NCBI GenBank assembly: GCA_013265495.1
Contig: MU058423.1
Location: forward strand, 1,191,061 to 1,255,060
Direction: 5' to 3'
Length of the DNA stretch: 64,000 nt
Source of the DNA: Vicugna vicugna
Lineage: Eukaryota
Each line of letters begins with the position of its first letter. Position 1 is the stretch's first letter. Both the position numbers and the translations under genes were made by a program. Shown here one piece after another: positions 1 through 22,095 of the stretch. The notes beneath the pieces were generated by a model, which saw only the letters and a list, made by a program, of their open reading frames with translations, made no database searches and was not told the origin of the DNA.

Positions 1-1700
1 TTTCCTCTGCTCAAATCTTTTTCCTGGCTTCCCATTCTTTTAAAGAACATACAATTCTTTAATATGGCCAGGAAAGCCATAAACCTGCACAATCTGGATA
101 AACTACTTCTCCAGCATCATCTCCTGCCGTTCTCCCCTTCCCTCTCTATGCTCCAGTTCTGTTTTTCAAGGTGCCACACTCTTTCTCACCTCGGGGTCTT
201 TGCACAAGATGTCCCGCTTTATTATCTCCCTATCCTTCAGATTATCAATTTAAATATAATTTGTTCCAGAAGGCCTTTCAAGATCTCCTATGCTGGATTA
301 AGTTCACTTATTATGCGTGTCCCTATCACCCTACAGTTTTACCATTAGGAATATACACTGTTCGATGTCTAGGCTGCCAGGCTGAGAGCTTTGGGGACAG
401 ACAGTATGTTGCCTTACTAGCCTAGTTTCAAGGTGCCTGACACATACTGTGCTTTTCATGACTGAGTGAACGTCCTGTTCCTCCACTGAGAAACCATTCT
501 TTCAATGTCCATCCTTACCTTTCTAGACTCAGTGGAAGAAGTTTCCCTTCTGTTGAGGCTAATTCCTCCACTTGTCATCTGAGTATCATTCTCCCACTTA
601 CGGATTTTACTACACCTACCACCCCTCTCTGTTCTTTCCATCCTCTTCTTCCTTCAGTTTTTCTTTACAGCTATTATTAGTTCAAGCCTCTTTCATCTTA
701 AAACAGACTCCCCTTAGCCAATCTTTGGCTCCCTCTAGTTCCTATCCCCTATCTCCTGGGGTGAGAAATGTTCTTGGTTATTCTACCTTAGGCCTGTTTC
801 CCCACTGCCTTTCAATCCTTTAACACCACTGTAATCTATCTTCTGTCCCTGCCATTCAATCAAAATTACTGAGAAGGGCCACCAAAGACCTCCAACTTAT
901 CTTAAGTCCTCTTAATCTTCTCGGAAAATCGGCTATTCCTACATGAAACTCTCCACTCTCCTGATTTTACGCCACTACTCTCTGCTGGTTCCCCTCCAGA
1001 GACTAGCCATTCCCTCTTTTGCAGAAAACTGTTCTCTGCTGTTTCTTAAACATCGTTCTTTCATGACTTACACTTAGCCCTATTCTTTTTCCTGAAACAC
1101 AGTTCCTGCTGTATTCCAAGTCACAGTGAACAGTACGTCCCCTTTTCTTCTCTCAAGCAAGAAATCTGTGACTCAACTTGATTCTTCCTTTCTTCCATAC
1201 TCTCCCCACATCAAGTCCTACTAATGTTGCGTTTAATAGCTCTCATCAATTCCTTCCTTTCCACCCACACTGCCTAAGCCTTTAAGGTCTTCAATGCCTT
1301 TAGCTACAAAGACCCAAGAGCCCAAGTAGCTTTGCCTCTCTCCAAACCATGCTCTACTGCTATTAGTGATTTTTCTGAAACAAAAATCTAGTCATCATTC
1401 CTCTGCTTAAAACCTCTCACTGGCCTCTGGATGCTCAGAACAAGACTCAACATCTAAGAACAGCAAATAGAGACCTAATATACTCCTTACTATTTATAAT
1501 TCACTTTTAACTAACTTCTTGAGTTTAAAAAATGTTAGCTCTCCTGCACTGGCTCCTCCACAATCACAGATGCTGTTTCATCTTCCTGGATTCTAACATC
1601 CCCTCTTTAGGCTAATTTTTTCTTGCAAGTGCCAGCTCAGACATCATTTTCTGTCACCTTTCTGCTCTCTCCATGTTATACAGGATACTTTCATTGACAC
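1..1700. mobile_element. Degraded L2 LINE fragments
   Basis: Pyrimidine-rich L2 3'-region-like motifs, e.g. 'cattcctctgcttaaaacctctcactggc' at ~1397 and 'tgcctgacacata' at ~435. Boundaries approximate. Confidence 0.55.
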
Positions 1701-1765
1701 CTTGGGAATAGAATTTTTGCTTTTTAAGTATTATTCATTCAGGTTAACACTTATGGATAGGATAG

Positions 1766-2290
1766 TTGTCGTGGTGGTTCACAATACGTCAGCTTGGTTA
1801 GGCTGAACCTCCCTGAATGCTCTCATTAGAATGAACCACAAGAGGTTCTCGAGCAATTTCAGGGGAAATGCAAAGCAGCCACTACTCTGTGGCTCACACG
1901 TGTTGTCGCTGATTGGCTGGCTCACCAGCTGTAGCCGGGCCTGCAACTACCCAATCTTTCTCTGGATCATACTTCAGCTTCTCTAACTTCTGGACCAGAT
2001 GCGTGAAGAAGGGCCTGGTGCTTTACAGGACAATCATTCCACCAAGATCAGAGGTAATAAAAACTGACAAGGGTTTCAGTCTGTGCTTGTGACTTCCACT
2101 TGCTCCTACCCTCTCCCACTTTACGTACATCTTCCCTTCCTAACTGTCTGCTCCACAGATGTCAAGTTCATCATCAGAAACAAAGATTAAGAGGTTGTTT
2201 AACCAACTCCCATGACAGTGTAAAGTCAGATCCCTTACATCTAAACATACATCCCAGTAGTTCTGCTTCGCTCACTGAATGCTGACACAG
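1766..2290. mobile_element. ERVL-class (MLT2-like) solo LTR
   Basis: Starts 'tgtcgtggtggtt...gtcagcttggttaggctgaa' and ends '...gttctgcttcgctcactgaatgctgacaca', both MLT2-like termini. Confidence 0.5.
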
Positions 2291-3103
2291 GTATGCACAC
2301 AGGTAATGAGGCTACCGAGGCCACCTAACATGGTGCTGATTCTTAACACTCTCAAAGCACCTTGTGCTAGTCTGAATTGTATCACATATTCTTACTGCCT
2401 TTCCAGTAGATTTTTTATTCCCTGAAGTAGGAACTTTTATTTCTGTATGACCAGTGCAGGGCTGTGCCTAGCACAACAATCCTTTGTTTAGTGAATAATT
2501 TGGAAAAAACTCTGTTGGACCTATCAAAACCTCCCTTAAGTAACATCTTAATAATATGGTCAATATGATTTCTATAGAAGATGAATACATTAGCCATCAA
2601 TAAATACTGACCCAAATGACTGTTATATAATTAAAATCCTAAGAAGTTACTGTAAATAGCAATTACCCATACGGTACATATTTTCAAATATTTCCTATTT
2701 AAGTTAAGTCCATATGTGTACAAGTAAATCCTTATACAAGTATGCAAAACTGAGAAAATTACATGCAGACAAACCTATGAAAGAGTACAATTTTCTGATT
2801 TATCTGCTGGATTCTTAAGAGTGATTTTATGACACATTGAGTCCATCATATTTTCCATAGACATATTACTAAAATAAAAATAAAGTCAATGATATAACTT
2901 GATATATAAGATTTCCTTTAGTTATTTAAAACATACTAAAGAATACTAGAAAGCTTTAAATTTCCCATATCAGCCAGAAATAGCTTATCACTAACAGTCT
3001 TATAAACATGATTATCAGTTCAATAACATCTTTAATTTTTACCCATAAATACTGAAATATTTCAGAAAATTACGCAATTGAAAAACCTTGTTTCAATGGT
3101 CAC

Positions 3104-3109
3104 TTTATT
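3104..3109 (-). terminator. Probable ATP5PB polyadenylation signal (AATAAA)
   Basis: TTTATT on plus at 3104-3109, about 325 nt downstream of the ATP5PB stop codon. Confidence 0.6.
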
Positions 3110-5119
3110 GCAAGATGGTTGAATTAATTAGAAACTTAAATTATAACTTTATGAATAATCTTCAGTCCAATTTAATCAAATTCTTATTAAAAGTAAATTG
3201 CTTATTCAAAAGTAATCATGGAATAACTCAAAATGCAGAGCAAGAAGGATAAGAGAAACATATTACTGGCCAATAGATTGTTTTAATTCTCTTGTTATAT
3301 GAAACTCAAACCTTTCATTTTTAGGAAAGGTAAATTGTAACTTCAGTAGACAGCAATACAGAAGGATTCTGTCACACAGACTAGTTTCCATTTAGTCAAT
3401 TATTTCTAGCTGTCTCAATTGTGATAGACACATTTACAAAACCGGCTGTGCTTGAGCCTTCTTTGCAAGGACCTTTAGATCTGCAATGCACTTGGCAATT
3501 GTCTCCTTTTCCTGTGATAAGGAAAGAGAAAGCTGGTTAGACCTTTTCAAATCATGGAAGGGTATAAATACTTTAATTCTAAAGGGTACTTCCTATAAGA
3601 AGTTGATGTTCCCACAGAATCTCAAAATGGATTATAGGCTTAATATGATAGACTACTAAAAATCATCGAATCATTTAACACAGGGGAGATGCAATCTATT
3701 TTAAACAAATTCAGGAAATTAGTTAAAGTTTTCTGGCTCATAGCTTTTATGAGTGAAACCTGCCTAGAGGTTGAGGCCAGATACTCCTGTAAACACGCGC
3801 CACTGCTGCTAGCTTTTATAGCTAAGAGCTGCTGGAAAAAGACCAGCCTAACAAACATAACGTGGTCCTGCACGGCCATGTGAAAAGTGATCAGAAATGC
3901 CTAAGCATACTACATATCTGAGAGAGAAGAAATTAAGTCATAAGTAAATAAATAAAGGACATAAATTTTAAAAAGGAAATCAAATTTAGGTAAATAATAG
4001 AAAACATTTCTGTTTAAGACCAATGAACTAAGCAGCTGGGGAGAGGAAAGAGAACAGAAATCATGGAATTAGAAGACAGAACCGGCTCAGAAATAGACAT
4101 GTCCAGTCTCTGTTTCACAGAGAAATGAAACATGCTGGTTAATGTTTCCCAAATGATGGAACTTGAACACACGTCTGCCACAACCGGTGTTCTCAATAAT
4201 CTTTCCACTCTTTTTGACCGATGAGGAGAGAGACCCTTTGGTAACCAGACCCCGAGGAAGGAGGAAACTCACCACGGCAGTTGTGCAGCACCTTCTAGGC
4301 GCCCACTACCCGGAAAAATGAACCAGGGTGACCCCAGAGTCTCTAGGCTAAAGACTCCTTGCCAGCCACCCCTATCCTGTCAGAGATCTCAGTACAATTC
4401 CAGAAGCTTCCAAACACCATGTACCTGCTGTGCAGAGATGCTCTGTACCACGCGCTTCTCCACCCAGTTTATCATGTGCTCTTGTTCCTTTTGACGCAAC
4501 ATATTCTGCACAGCGATGTGATAGTCCAGGCGATTCTTTACCTCCCTGTATACTCTATGCAGCCGTTCCCGGTAAGTAAGCTCCAAAGCCATTGCAATGT
4601 TATTCTGAAGCAAAATTCAGAAATGATGAAAACTGTACAGGTAAAGGATCACTTCCATTCTGAGGATTCTGCCAGTTAGAATACCCATCGCTTTTTTGTA
4701 TTTTGTGCAAAATTCATTTAATATGAATAGGCAACACACACGTGTGGTAAAAAAATCCTAACAGCATGTAGTAAAAATATACTTAAAAGTATACACAGAA
4801 AAAATAAGTCTCTTTCAGTCCCCATAAGCTACCATCTTCCTATATTTCTTATATTCCCTCCCAGAAATATTTAATAAACAAAAAAATGTATATATACACA
4901 GAAAAACATCACTTTTACTAATTATGATAAGTAGACCCACCTCAGTTTTAAAAGTTAAATTGGATTCTACTATTTTGGTGTCCCATAACCCATAATTTAT
5001 TTAACTAAGCTCTATTAATAGATTAAGTTGCTTCCACTTCTTTCAACTACAAGTAATGCTGCTGCATACACTGTATGTCTTTGCACTCAAGTGTGACTAC
5101 TTGCTGGGTCAAATAACAG

Positions 5120-5335
5120 CTAATACCTGTTGAGTACCTACTACATTCTACACACTGTGTGTCACTTCAATTAAGTCTTAAAATCACACCATGGGATAGT
5201 CACTATTATTGTATCCATTTTACAGTGAGGAAACTGAGGCAGAAGGTATGGGATTTTCCAAGGGTACAGAGTCAATAAACCCTGAAGCCAAGACCTGAAT
5301 ACAAGGAGTCAGGTTACAAAGCCCACGGTCTTAAA
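5120..5335. mobile_element. MIR SINE
   Basis: MIR core 'ccattttacagtgaggaaactgaggcagaagg'. Similar MIR cores at ~8760-8960, ~10830-11040, ~34980-35240 and ~46490-46630. Confidence 0.7.
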
Positions 5336-5769
5336 GAGCCATTTTAAATTGTGATCAACACTGTCAATTCCACAGAAAAGTCGTACCACTTCATTCTCTC
5401 ACCAGCAACACAAATGCTTGTTACTCCAAACCCTGACCAATCATGTTTATAAAATTTTTACTCTCTGCTAGTCTGATAAGCAGAAAAAAATACCAATTTT
5501 AATTGTCTTTAAGGAGAAAATTTACATATTAAAAGCCATTTAAACTTACTTATATCTTTATAAATTGTTCATTATCCTATGCCTAGTTTTCTACTGGGAT
5601 GTTGGTCTATCCTAAGGTAACTACCCTTTTGTGTCACATGTAATGCATGTATCCTTCCTTGGCTGTCACTTAACTTTGTCACTTAACTTGTTTATGGTAA
5701 TTTCTACATGTAAAGTTCAAAATTTTTTATGAGATCAACTTAACAATTTTTCCTCTTACAGTTCCTGAA

Positions 5770-7680
5770 TTTTTTAAAAACTAAAGTATAACTGACATAC
5801 AATATTCTATTTTCAGGTATACAACATAATGATTCAGTATTTGTATATACTAGGAAATGACCACCACAATAAGCCTAGTTAACATCCGTCACCATATAAG
5901 TTTCTGGATTTTGTTGTCTACTGGAAAGACCTTGTCACTCTATGTGTTCTGTATTATTCTTCATGTTCTTTTTCTACTTTTATGGTTGTTATTTCTTATT
6001 TAAAGATCTTTAATTCACCTGAAGTTTGTATTGGTATAAGGCAAAAAATAGGAAAAGAACTCTACATCTGCAAAGATACCTGTTTGGCCTTCCACTGCTA
6101 AGCTGAAAAGGCCACCTATCTAAATTGCCTTGTTTTTAGGTCTATCTCTAGACCCTCTCATCTGTTGTGCCAACCTGACTTTTTTCTTTCTCTTTTTAAA
6201 TTGAAGTACAGGCGGTTACAATGTGTCGATCTCTGGTGTACAGCACAATGCCCCAGTCACGCATACACATACATACATTCGTTTTCATATTTAATCTGAC
6301 TTCCTACTCACACAGTGTACCATGCTATTTAAAGTCCCTGTGCTTCCTCTTACTCTCCTTCTCACCCACTCCACGTGAGCTACACTGGCTCCTTACTTTC
6401 CCTTGTCTACACCAAGCAAGCTTCCAGGATTAGGGCCCTTGCAGTTATTCTTCCCTCTGCCTGGAATCCTGCTTCCTCAGAAACCCGCACAGCCTGCACC
6501 ATCACTGCTTCAGGTCTCTGTCCAGGTATCACACTAGAGGCCTTTCTAGACTGCCCAATAAAAACAGTAACTCCTTCCTTCTAAAATCTCCTTTCCTTAA
6601 ACACAAGCTCACTAGACTCTATGTACTTCACACCAGATGACATGCACGTCTGCTTTTTTTTTTTTTTTTCTTCTCTCAGTCTCTGGGTAGAAGAGTAGAC
6701 CCCATGAAGGCAGACTTTTGTTTTGTTCTCTGCTATATTCCCACCACCCTGTCTTGACCAGAGTCTCCAAACAGAAAGAACTCAAAACACATCTATTAAA
6801 TAAGTATTTCATAAATAAAAATTTTAATGACTATCATTTGATTCTTATAAAAAAGCTACATCTTCAGAAATAGGATTTTGTTTGCCCATACATATTACCT
6901 ATTAGGCAAGAAGCATTCTCCAGTTGTAACTTTAGTATGCTTGGAGAGATGTTTTAAAATTTTCTGAGGATTTAAAACATTTATGTGCTTAAGAATCTTC
7001 AGTAGTCCTGCTTTAAAAAACACAGATTTTTGGTAGCTCCTAATAGAGGTTCTAATTCCACAGATCTTGGAATGGGTCAAAAACCTGCACCAAAGAAGCC
7101 TGATGCACATGTTACTGAGACTACACTAGGAAACGCTGGCCCACACCCTTAGAATTTCAGATACTTACTTTACATTAGCATCTCATTTCCCATTTCATAG
7201 GTGCTTCTACAACACAAAATTTCAAAATAAGGGCATCTCACTCTAAATAGGCATAAATTACTGGGCTCAAAGTAACAACTATACTTGAACATGTTCCTAA
7301 AGTTGTTTTAGAAACTAAATATTTTAGAATCTAATTATGCTTTGACCATGGTAAAAAAGCTCTATTGCCATGTGAATCTGCTTTGTGAATTTGGAGTGTA
7401 AGGTGTCAGATTTTCTTATAGCAAGCATGCATGAAATCACAGCATGTATTTTACCTATGTATTTCACAGTGAATACCATTTTTAAAATCAGTTATAACTT
7501 TTAAAAAAATTTTTTTACTCAAGTGTAATTGATTTACAATGTTAGTTTCAGGTGTACAGCAAAGCGATTCAGTTATGCCTATACACACACACATATACAT
7601 ACATATACACACACATATTTCTTTTCAGATTCTTTTCCATTATGTTATTACAAGAAATTGAATACAGTTCCCTGTAATCA
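5770..7680 (-). mobile_element. Three short L1 3'-end fragments in ATP5PB intron 5 (~5770-5900, ~6190-6295, ~7505-7680), interleaved with L2 and MER5-like pieces
   Basis: Each begins with a T-tract followed by an 'aagt(a/g)(t/c)a....gatttacaat....tcaggtgtacagc'-type sequence, the antisense L1 3' terminus. Confidence 0.6.
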
Positions 7681-10600
7681 AATATAACTTAATGACTGTT
7701 TTCCTTTTGTGTGGATCCACAATGTGTTCTTTTTACAACTTCTACCCTTCCTAGTTTTAGAGTAATTATTCTAATTATTGACAGGTCTTAAATGTCTAAA
7801 TTGCTGTAATTGCCAACCCACCCAAATCTCTTTCTTAAATAAAATATGCTCATTCTATTCAACTATTCCCTATAGGATTCTAAATTTTTAAATGCACACA
7901 AACGAGTAACTTCATACCCTTAGAAAGTTCTGAAACCTACCCTCTGGACATCAAAAAGGTAATGGCGTTTCTGAACCAGTGCCTGCTGCGACTTCTCCAT
8001 ATTAATCGCATCCTGAATGCTTTGGATGGAAGCCTGTTTCACCTCTTCTAGTTGGGCAATTTTTTCCTGCAATTATGACATTTACAACAAAGATCAGTGA
8101 AAGCACCAAGGATAATAAAAACAGATTCATTTTATGCTTCCTCAAAGTTATAGCCCTCATTTGTGAATACACCCACCCATATGGAGAACTGCACAAATCC
8201 TTAATGAGTTGCCCATAATATCTATGCAATATCTTGTTGAATGAACAAAACTATGGAAAAGCCGGAGAGTCTGGTAGATTTTTAAAAATTTATCTCAAAT
8301 TAGTTAATTAACAGTAACACTAATAATTGTGATCATTATAGGTAGCTTCATTTCCACATGCCCTGCCCCTAACATTCCTATCAAAAGCATCACTTGATGG
8401 CTTTGACACTTCTACTATAGTCTAAAATAGGGAATAAGGTTTATGGTTCTTACCTCATTGAGTTTATCAGCAAATTTTCCAATAGAGGCACCATATTTTT
8501 TAACTACATAGACAAGCACCCCTATTGTTGATAAGGCAGAGAAGGTCTCTGGAGTTATCACATATATTTCTTTGGACAGGAAATATAAGATAAGCCCAGT
8601 TCCAAGCACATAGGGTCCTAAAAGAAAGAAAAGTTAGTTTATGATCGATATGCTATGTCTAAAAGGGGAAGATGGAGAGACACTCTGAAGTAACTTTGAA
8701 GGCAAAGTTAATAATGATTTTAAATAATCAGATTCAAAGACAGAACACTGGATGAGAGGCAGCATGGTAGAGGTGAAAGAACAAGGATCTGGACTCACGG
8801 AAATCTGACTCTGCAACTTACAAGACACTGAGCAATACAGATGCTCTCCCAGCTTACTTTCCTCATCTATAAAATGGGAAACAGTATCTCCTTTATAGGG
8901 TTAATGAAATTAAAAAATAATGTATATAAAATGTCTAGAACAACTGCTTAACAGGAAGTATTTTACAAAGATGTCAGGCTACTTTAAAAAGTGATTTGTG
9001 CAACAAAATATACTACTTATTGAATGAGAACATCGGTCAGGGAAAATTTATCCACTCTTGCCTGCTTTCACTGAATAGAAACCTGACACTGGCAAACAAA
9101 ACAAATACGACAATCAAATGGTATGTACATAAAGAACTAAATAACAAGATTCTCAATTTCTGCAGCATCTTATCACAATGCTTCAAATAGAGCTATCTTT
9201 TTCTTTAACCAGGCCATAAATTCTGAAAGGACACAAACCATGATGTACATTTCTTTAGAATTTTCCTCTGTGGCTCACAAGATGCTAGGCAGGGTCAAAG
9301 CAGGCCTTTAGGTCAGCAGTTTATGTTTCTGAGCAATACTGATACCAAAGGATAGGCTGTATTATGAGAATAAAAGGGTCACAGTCTCAAATATATTTTA
9401 CCCAGAGTTTCCCATACAAAGTTTCAACAGCTCACTTAAAAAAAAAAATCTGCCTTCAATGTATAAATTTTAAATGTGAATTTGCAAAAAAGACCTCACC
9501 TATCATATGTAACATTTTTATCACCTATGGAGATCTGAGGACACTAATGTTGCTTGCAGTTTCAGTTAGGGAAATGCTGTTTTAGGTCACGCCCTGGAGA
9601 GTTAAAAAAACAAAAACAAAAACAAAAGAAAAATTTTGGTTTCTAATGTTCCATGGTCATAGCAGTATTTGGGTATAGCAAGAAAGGCAGGAGTGTGTAG
9701 TAGAAAGAACACTAAACTTAACTGGAGAACCTGGGTTCAAGTCCAATTGTCATTAAAGAGAGGATTAACCTCAGCCAATTCTTTGTTTTCTAGTTCTTCT
9801 AGGTAATAAAAATATCTTCATAGACTGTTTTATGGATTAAACAACATAAGCGAATGCATACTGCATTATAAAAATGAAAGGTTTCAAAACAGGTTATGCC
9901 TTTTTAAAAGGAAAAAAAACTGATAAATATGGTCGAATTCTTTTTCTCATAATTATATATACAATTTAATATTCTCTACTGCCTTACCTGGCTTTATTTT
10001 AATCCATAGCTCTTTCCATCATTACCTGAAAGTGTATTATACACTTACTTCTTTATTGTCTATCCTAGAATAGAAGGTAAGCTCCATGATGCCAGGCACT
10101 TTAGATCACCACTACATGCCTAGAATAGTGCCTGGCATAGAGCAGGCATTCAGTAAATTTAGTCTATCAACAAACGGAGACAACAGTATAAATTCAAGTT
10201 AAAATCCCAAACAAATTTATTCCAAAGACAAGTTAAAGCAACCAAATCAATTGTTATATTGAATCACTTCCACACTTTACTTTTAAAAACAGCTGACTTG
10301 ATTTTTCTGGTATATGTGGAAGAGGTAAGAGGCCACTAAGTTAACATAAACCATACCATCCAAACATACTATCAACACTGGGCAAATGCTCACCTGTTAC
10401 ACCAGTTTTAGGATAAAGGAACTGGAAGAATTCCTCAGGGATCAGCCCAAAACGAACTTTCCCTCCATATTCAGGAAGAGGTGGCACAGGGGCAAGACTT
10501 GGCTGCCCTGTGTGAAAGGTCCTTGTTGCCTGCAACACCCTGCAGGTAGCAATTACACAAATTTAAAGCTTGTTCTTTAAAAAGAACACAATGTATGAAC

Positions 10601-11139
10601 AATTGTAGAAAAAAACATTTAGGGGGAGGATCGAGGCAGTTTCCCAATGTCTGAATGGAAAAAGAACAGACCAAGAACAGGAAGGTTAGGGTCCAATAAT
10701 TAGCTATGTGACAAATGTAAATGACTTAAAAGCTGTATGTAACCTTCTGTCCAATACTAGAATCCCTTTTGTAAATTTCACAGATCATCTGTCTAGCACT
10801 TTGTATGACTACCACCGGCACTAAAATATGTAAGAACACAAACTCTGCAGCCAGATCATCTGGGTTCAAATCCTGATTTATGCTTTTGTAACCTCTGATT
10901 TCTCTATGTGAAGTGGGAATAAAGGATATGACCTTATTGGAGTGTTGCTGTGAGGGTTAACTGAGTTAATATATGTAGAGTACACAGAATGGTGCTTAGC
11001 ATATAGTAAAGTTCTGTGTAAGTGGTTAGCTATTACATGCCCATTGTGTTGGGAACTCCTTGGTGGCAAGAACTGTGACCTTTCTGAATATTCTCTGTGA
11101 TGGAGTACTAACTGACCACTAAGTGAATCATGCGTTTTC

Positions 11140-11755
11140 AACGTTGGGTAGCTCTAACTACGTTCATCTTTTGAATTGAACTGCTATGTACATCCTTAAA
11201 ACCTCTATCCATTGGTTCTCATTTTATTTTTCCATGTAAGATAACGCTCATTTATCTAGGTTAAATAAACATCTCAATTCTCTCACAATCCTGACTGTCC
11301 ACCACCAGCAGCTTTCTAGTTTTGTTTATAAAAATGAAGTATATAGAACTGAACACAATACCCTAAAAATAGCTTGACGAATTCTTTCATTCTACAAATA
11401 CGTATTGAGAACTTGCTATTGCCATTATTGGGCTAGAACTATTACTATTATTGTGGATTTGCAATCTATTCTTGTCTTAAAATAGCCTAAGATTGCATTT
11501 TTAGCAGTTATATTATAGCACACTGGTGTCTCATTAGGATTCTGATAAAATAAAATCCTTTAGCCTTTTTCACACCTGCTGTCAAGCTTAGTCTCCTTCA
11601 AATTTTCAGTATGTTTTTGTCCCTCACCTCCCCACTCTATCTCTTACATCCTCACAATGTATAGAGTTAACAGCATTTCATTGATTTTAGTTCATTGCTT
11701 GTCTTCTGAACATTAAGGTATTATTAGCTACCACACAAACTTTTAAAATCTGAGA
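11140..11755 (-). mobile_element. Ancient CR1/L3 LINE fragment
   Basis: Motifs 'gaactgaacacaatac' and 'aatagcctaagattgcattt' resemble antisense L3/CR1 ORF2. Confidence 0.45.
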
Positions 11756-11783
11756 ATCATGTTCAAAATTCTTTCCTTTAAAT

Positions 11784-12008
11784 CAGGGTTTCACAACCTG
11801 AGTACCACTGACACTTTGGACTAATGACAACTCTTCGTTGTGGAAGGCTGTTCTATACACTGCAGAGTGATGAGAAGTACCCCTGTGGCTTTATACACTA
11901 GATGCCAGGAACGTCCCCCCTCTTTGCCAGTGGTGACAACCAAAAACGCCTCCGGGCATTGCCAAATGTCCCTCAGAGGGCAAAACTGTCCCAGGTTGAG
12001 ACCCACTG
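11784..12008 (-). mobile_element. MER20 hAT-Charlie DNA transposon, near full length
   Basis: Termini CAGGGTTTCACAAC...GTTGAGACCCACTG, internal 'cattgccaaatgtccc', and an 8-bp TSD-like pair ctttaaat / atttaaat. Confidence 0.85.
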
Positions 12009-12529
12009 ATTTAAATCCCAGCACTGAAGAACTTGCTTTAGGCGGACACAAATCCTCTCCCTAAACAGCTGACTTAGTTCAAGCCCTCATCTACTCTTGC
12101 CTAAACAAGTTAACAACCCAAAACCTGGTTTCTCTGCTTCTCCTCAAGCACCCCTAAAACCCAGCCTCCTCCATGCTGCTTTCTTAAGGTTTTAAAATGT
12201 AAATTTGACTTTAAAACTCTTCAACAGACTCTCTCCTGCCTACAGAAAACAAACTACTTACTACAGCATGTGTGGTTCAGTACCTGTCAAATTTTATATC
12301 CTCATTTTCTTTTGTTCTACCTCCCAGTCATATGGAACTACTTACAGCTTTTAAAAACAAAACAACAAAAACATGCCTCATGCTGCTCCGTCTGCCTGGT
12401 ATGCTTTTCACTTAATGACTGCCAAAACCAATCTGGCTTCAGAACATCTCAAGTATATCCTTATCAAGGCCTCTCCAATCTTGGGCCAACAATCATTCAC
12501 GCAACAAAACAGTAACTGACTTTTCCACT

Positions 12530-13190
12530 TATATTAGGCACTGGGAGTATAACTATGAGCAGACAAGGTCCCAACCTTCAACATTCTAGTGGGGTGTGGG
12601 AAGTGTGAGTGTACAGGTCCACAGACAATTTCAGACAGCTCTAAGTTCCATGAAGAAAAATGGAGAGAGGGAAGGAGATAGGGAGCAATGGAGTGGGAGG
12701 AAAGCTTTTTTTGGTAGGAGGTCAGATGACATTTGAGTCAATGACCTGGGGAAAAGAGAGAAGAGCAAGCACAAAGATCCTGAGGCAACAATAAAGTTGG
12801 CATTTTTCAGAGGAATAGCAAGATCAGTATGGCTGGAGAATGAACTAAAAAGAGAACAGAAGGAGATAAATCAAGAGGTAGAATGGGGTCAATTCATGTT
12901 GAACCTTCTGGGTTATGCTAAGTTTGGACTTTATTTCAAGTGGGTTGGGCAGCTCTGGAGGGTTCCGGCGGGAGGGGGTGAGCAGAACTGTCATAATCCC
13001 TATGGCTACTGTGAGAATGGGCTGTAATGGGACAAGAATATAGAGATACTGAAAAAGCCTAGGTGTAAGGTGATGGCAGTTCTAACTCCAGTAGTAGCAG
13101 TGGAAGAAGTGGCCAGAGTCTGGATACAATCTGGAGGAAGAGCCTTACTGATGTATTAGACACGGAATGTAAAAGAAAAGGCAAGGATGT
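12530..13190. mobile_element. L2 LINE fragment
   Basis: Purine-rich L2-like text such as 'tgacatttgag', 'gcacaaagatcctgaggca' and 'ggtgatggcagt..agtagcagtggaag..tctggatacaatctggagg'. Confidence 0.55.
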
Positions 13191-14249
13191 TCCTTGTATC
13201 TTGTATATGTATTTACTACTTGTGTTGCAATTATTTACTTGTCTGCATGGAATCTTTCTTCTCTGGTAGGTTGAAAGCAGCCAATAATAGCCTCAATTTA
13301 CTGCATATACAAAAATTACTAATTAATTAAAGCCACTTTTTCAAGCTATAGGCTAGTTATCAAATTTTGCAAGATTTAGGACCACTTTTGGAAGTAAAAA
13401 GAGAAATTCCAAAGAAAACTGACATGTTTTATGAAATAACATTTATAACAAATTCTCACACTGTACTATGTACCGAGCACTATTTTCATAGGAATTAAGT
13501 CTCTCTTCATAATCTCTAATGTATGCTGTCTCTACTTTGCAGATAGGGAAATTGAGGTCGCAACAGCTTGTAAGTGGAGGAGCCAGGTGTACCCTGTCCT
13601 AGCTTTGGAATCCTCACTGTAAACTACTGCCCTATAGCTGCCTCCTCTCATAGACTGTGTACGAGTTCCATGAAGGCAGGTACTTAACCTTACTCATTTT
13701 TGTACCTTTGGTTATGTGGGTGGCAAGATAAATATTTACTGAATCCATGAATACCTTCTCTGATCTGGCAGTAAAAGTTGGAATCTGGGAGGCGGACTAA
13801 AAACAACATGGTTTGTTGTTTTATTTAACAAAGCTTGTTCTTGGGTGTGCAATCTAGTGACCCTAATTCGGGCAGTGGCAGCTATGTCCAGCTGAAGGTC
13901 ACAAGTGAGGGGGCGGGGATTAGAAGACACCAAAACCAGTTTCTACTTTAGTTAGATCACTTATCCGCTTAATCTTTGTTATTAGATCATAGGGCAGTGT
14001 TCCAGGCAGTTCCAGAAGCACAAGTGTTTGAATGAGGCTCTAAACGTTCCAAAATTACCTAAAGAAAGGTACTGCTGACCTAAAGCTAAGAGCAGATTAC
14101 CCACAAGTGAAATGAGTGATAAAACAAGGACGAAAAGGAGTCAACAGACCCCTCACACTTACCCTGGACCGAGGAGAGCTGCGTTCTTCAGAGAGGGGGC
14201 TGCAAATACACAAGGCGCAGGTCAGCAAGGTCAAGGTGAAATCTGGTTT

Positions 14250-22095
<7,846 letters not shown>

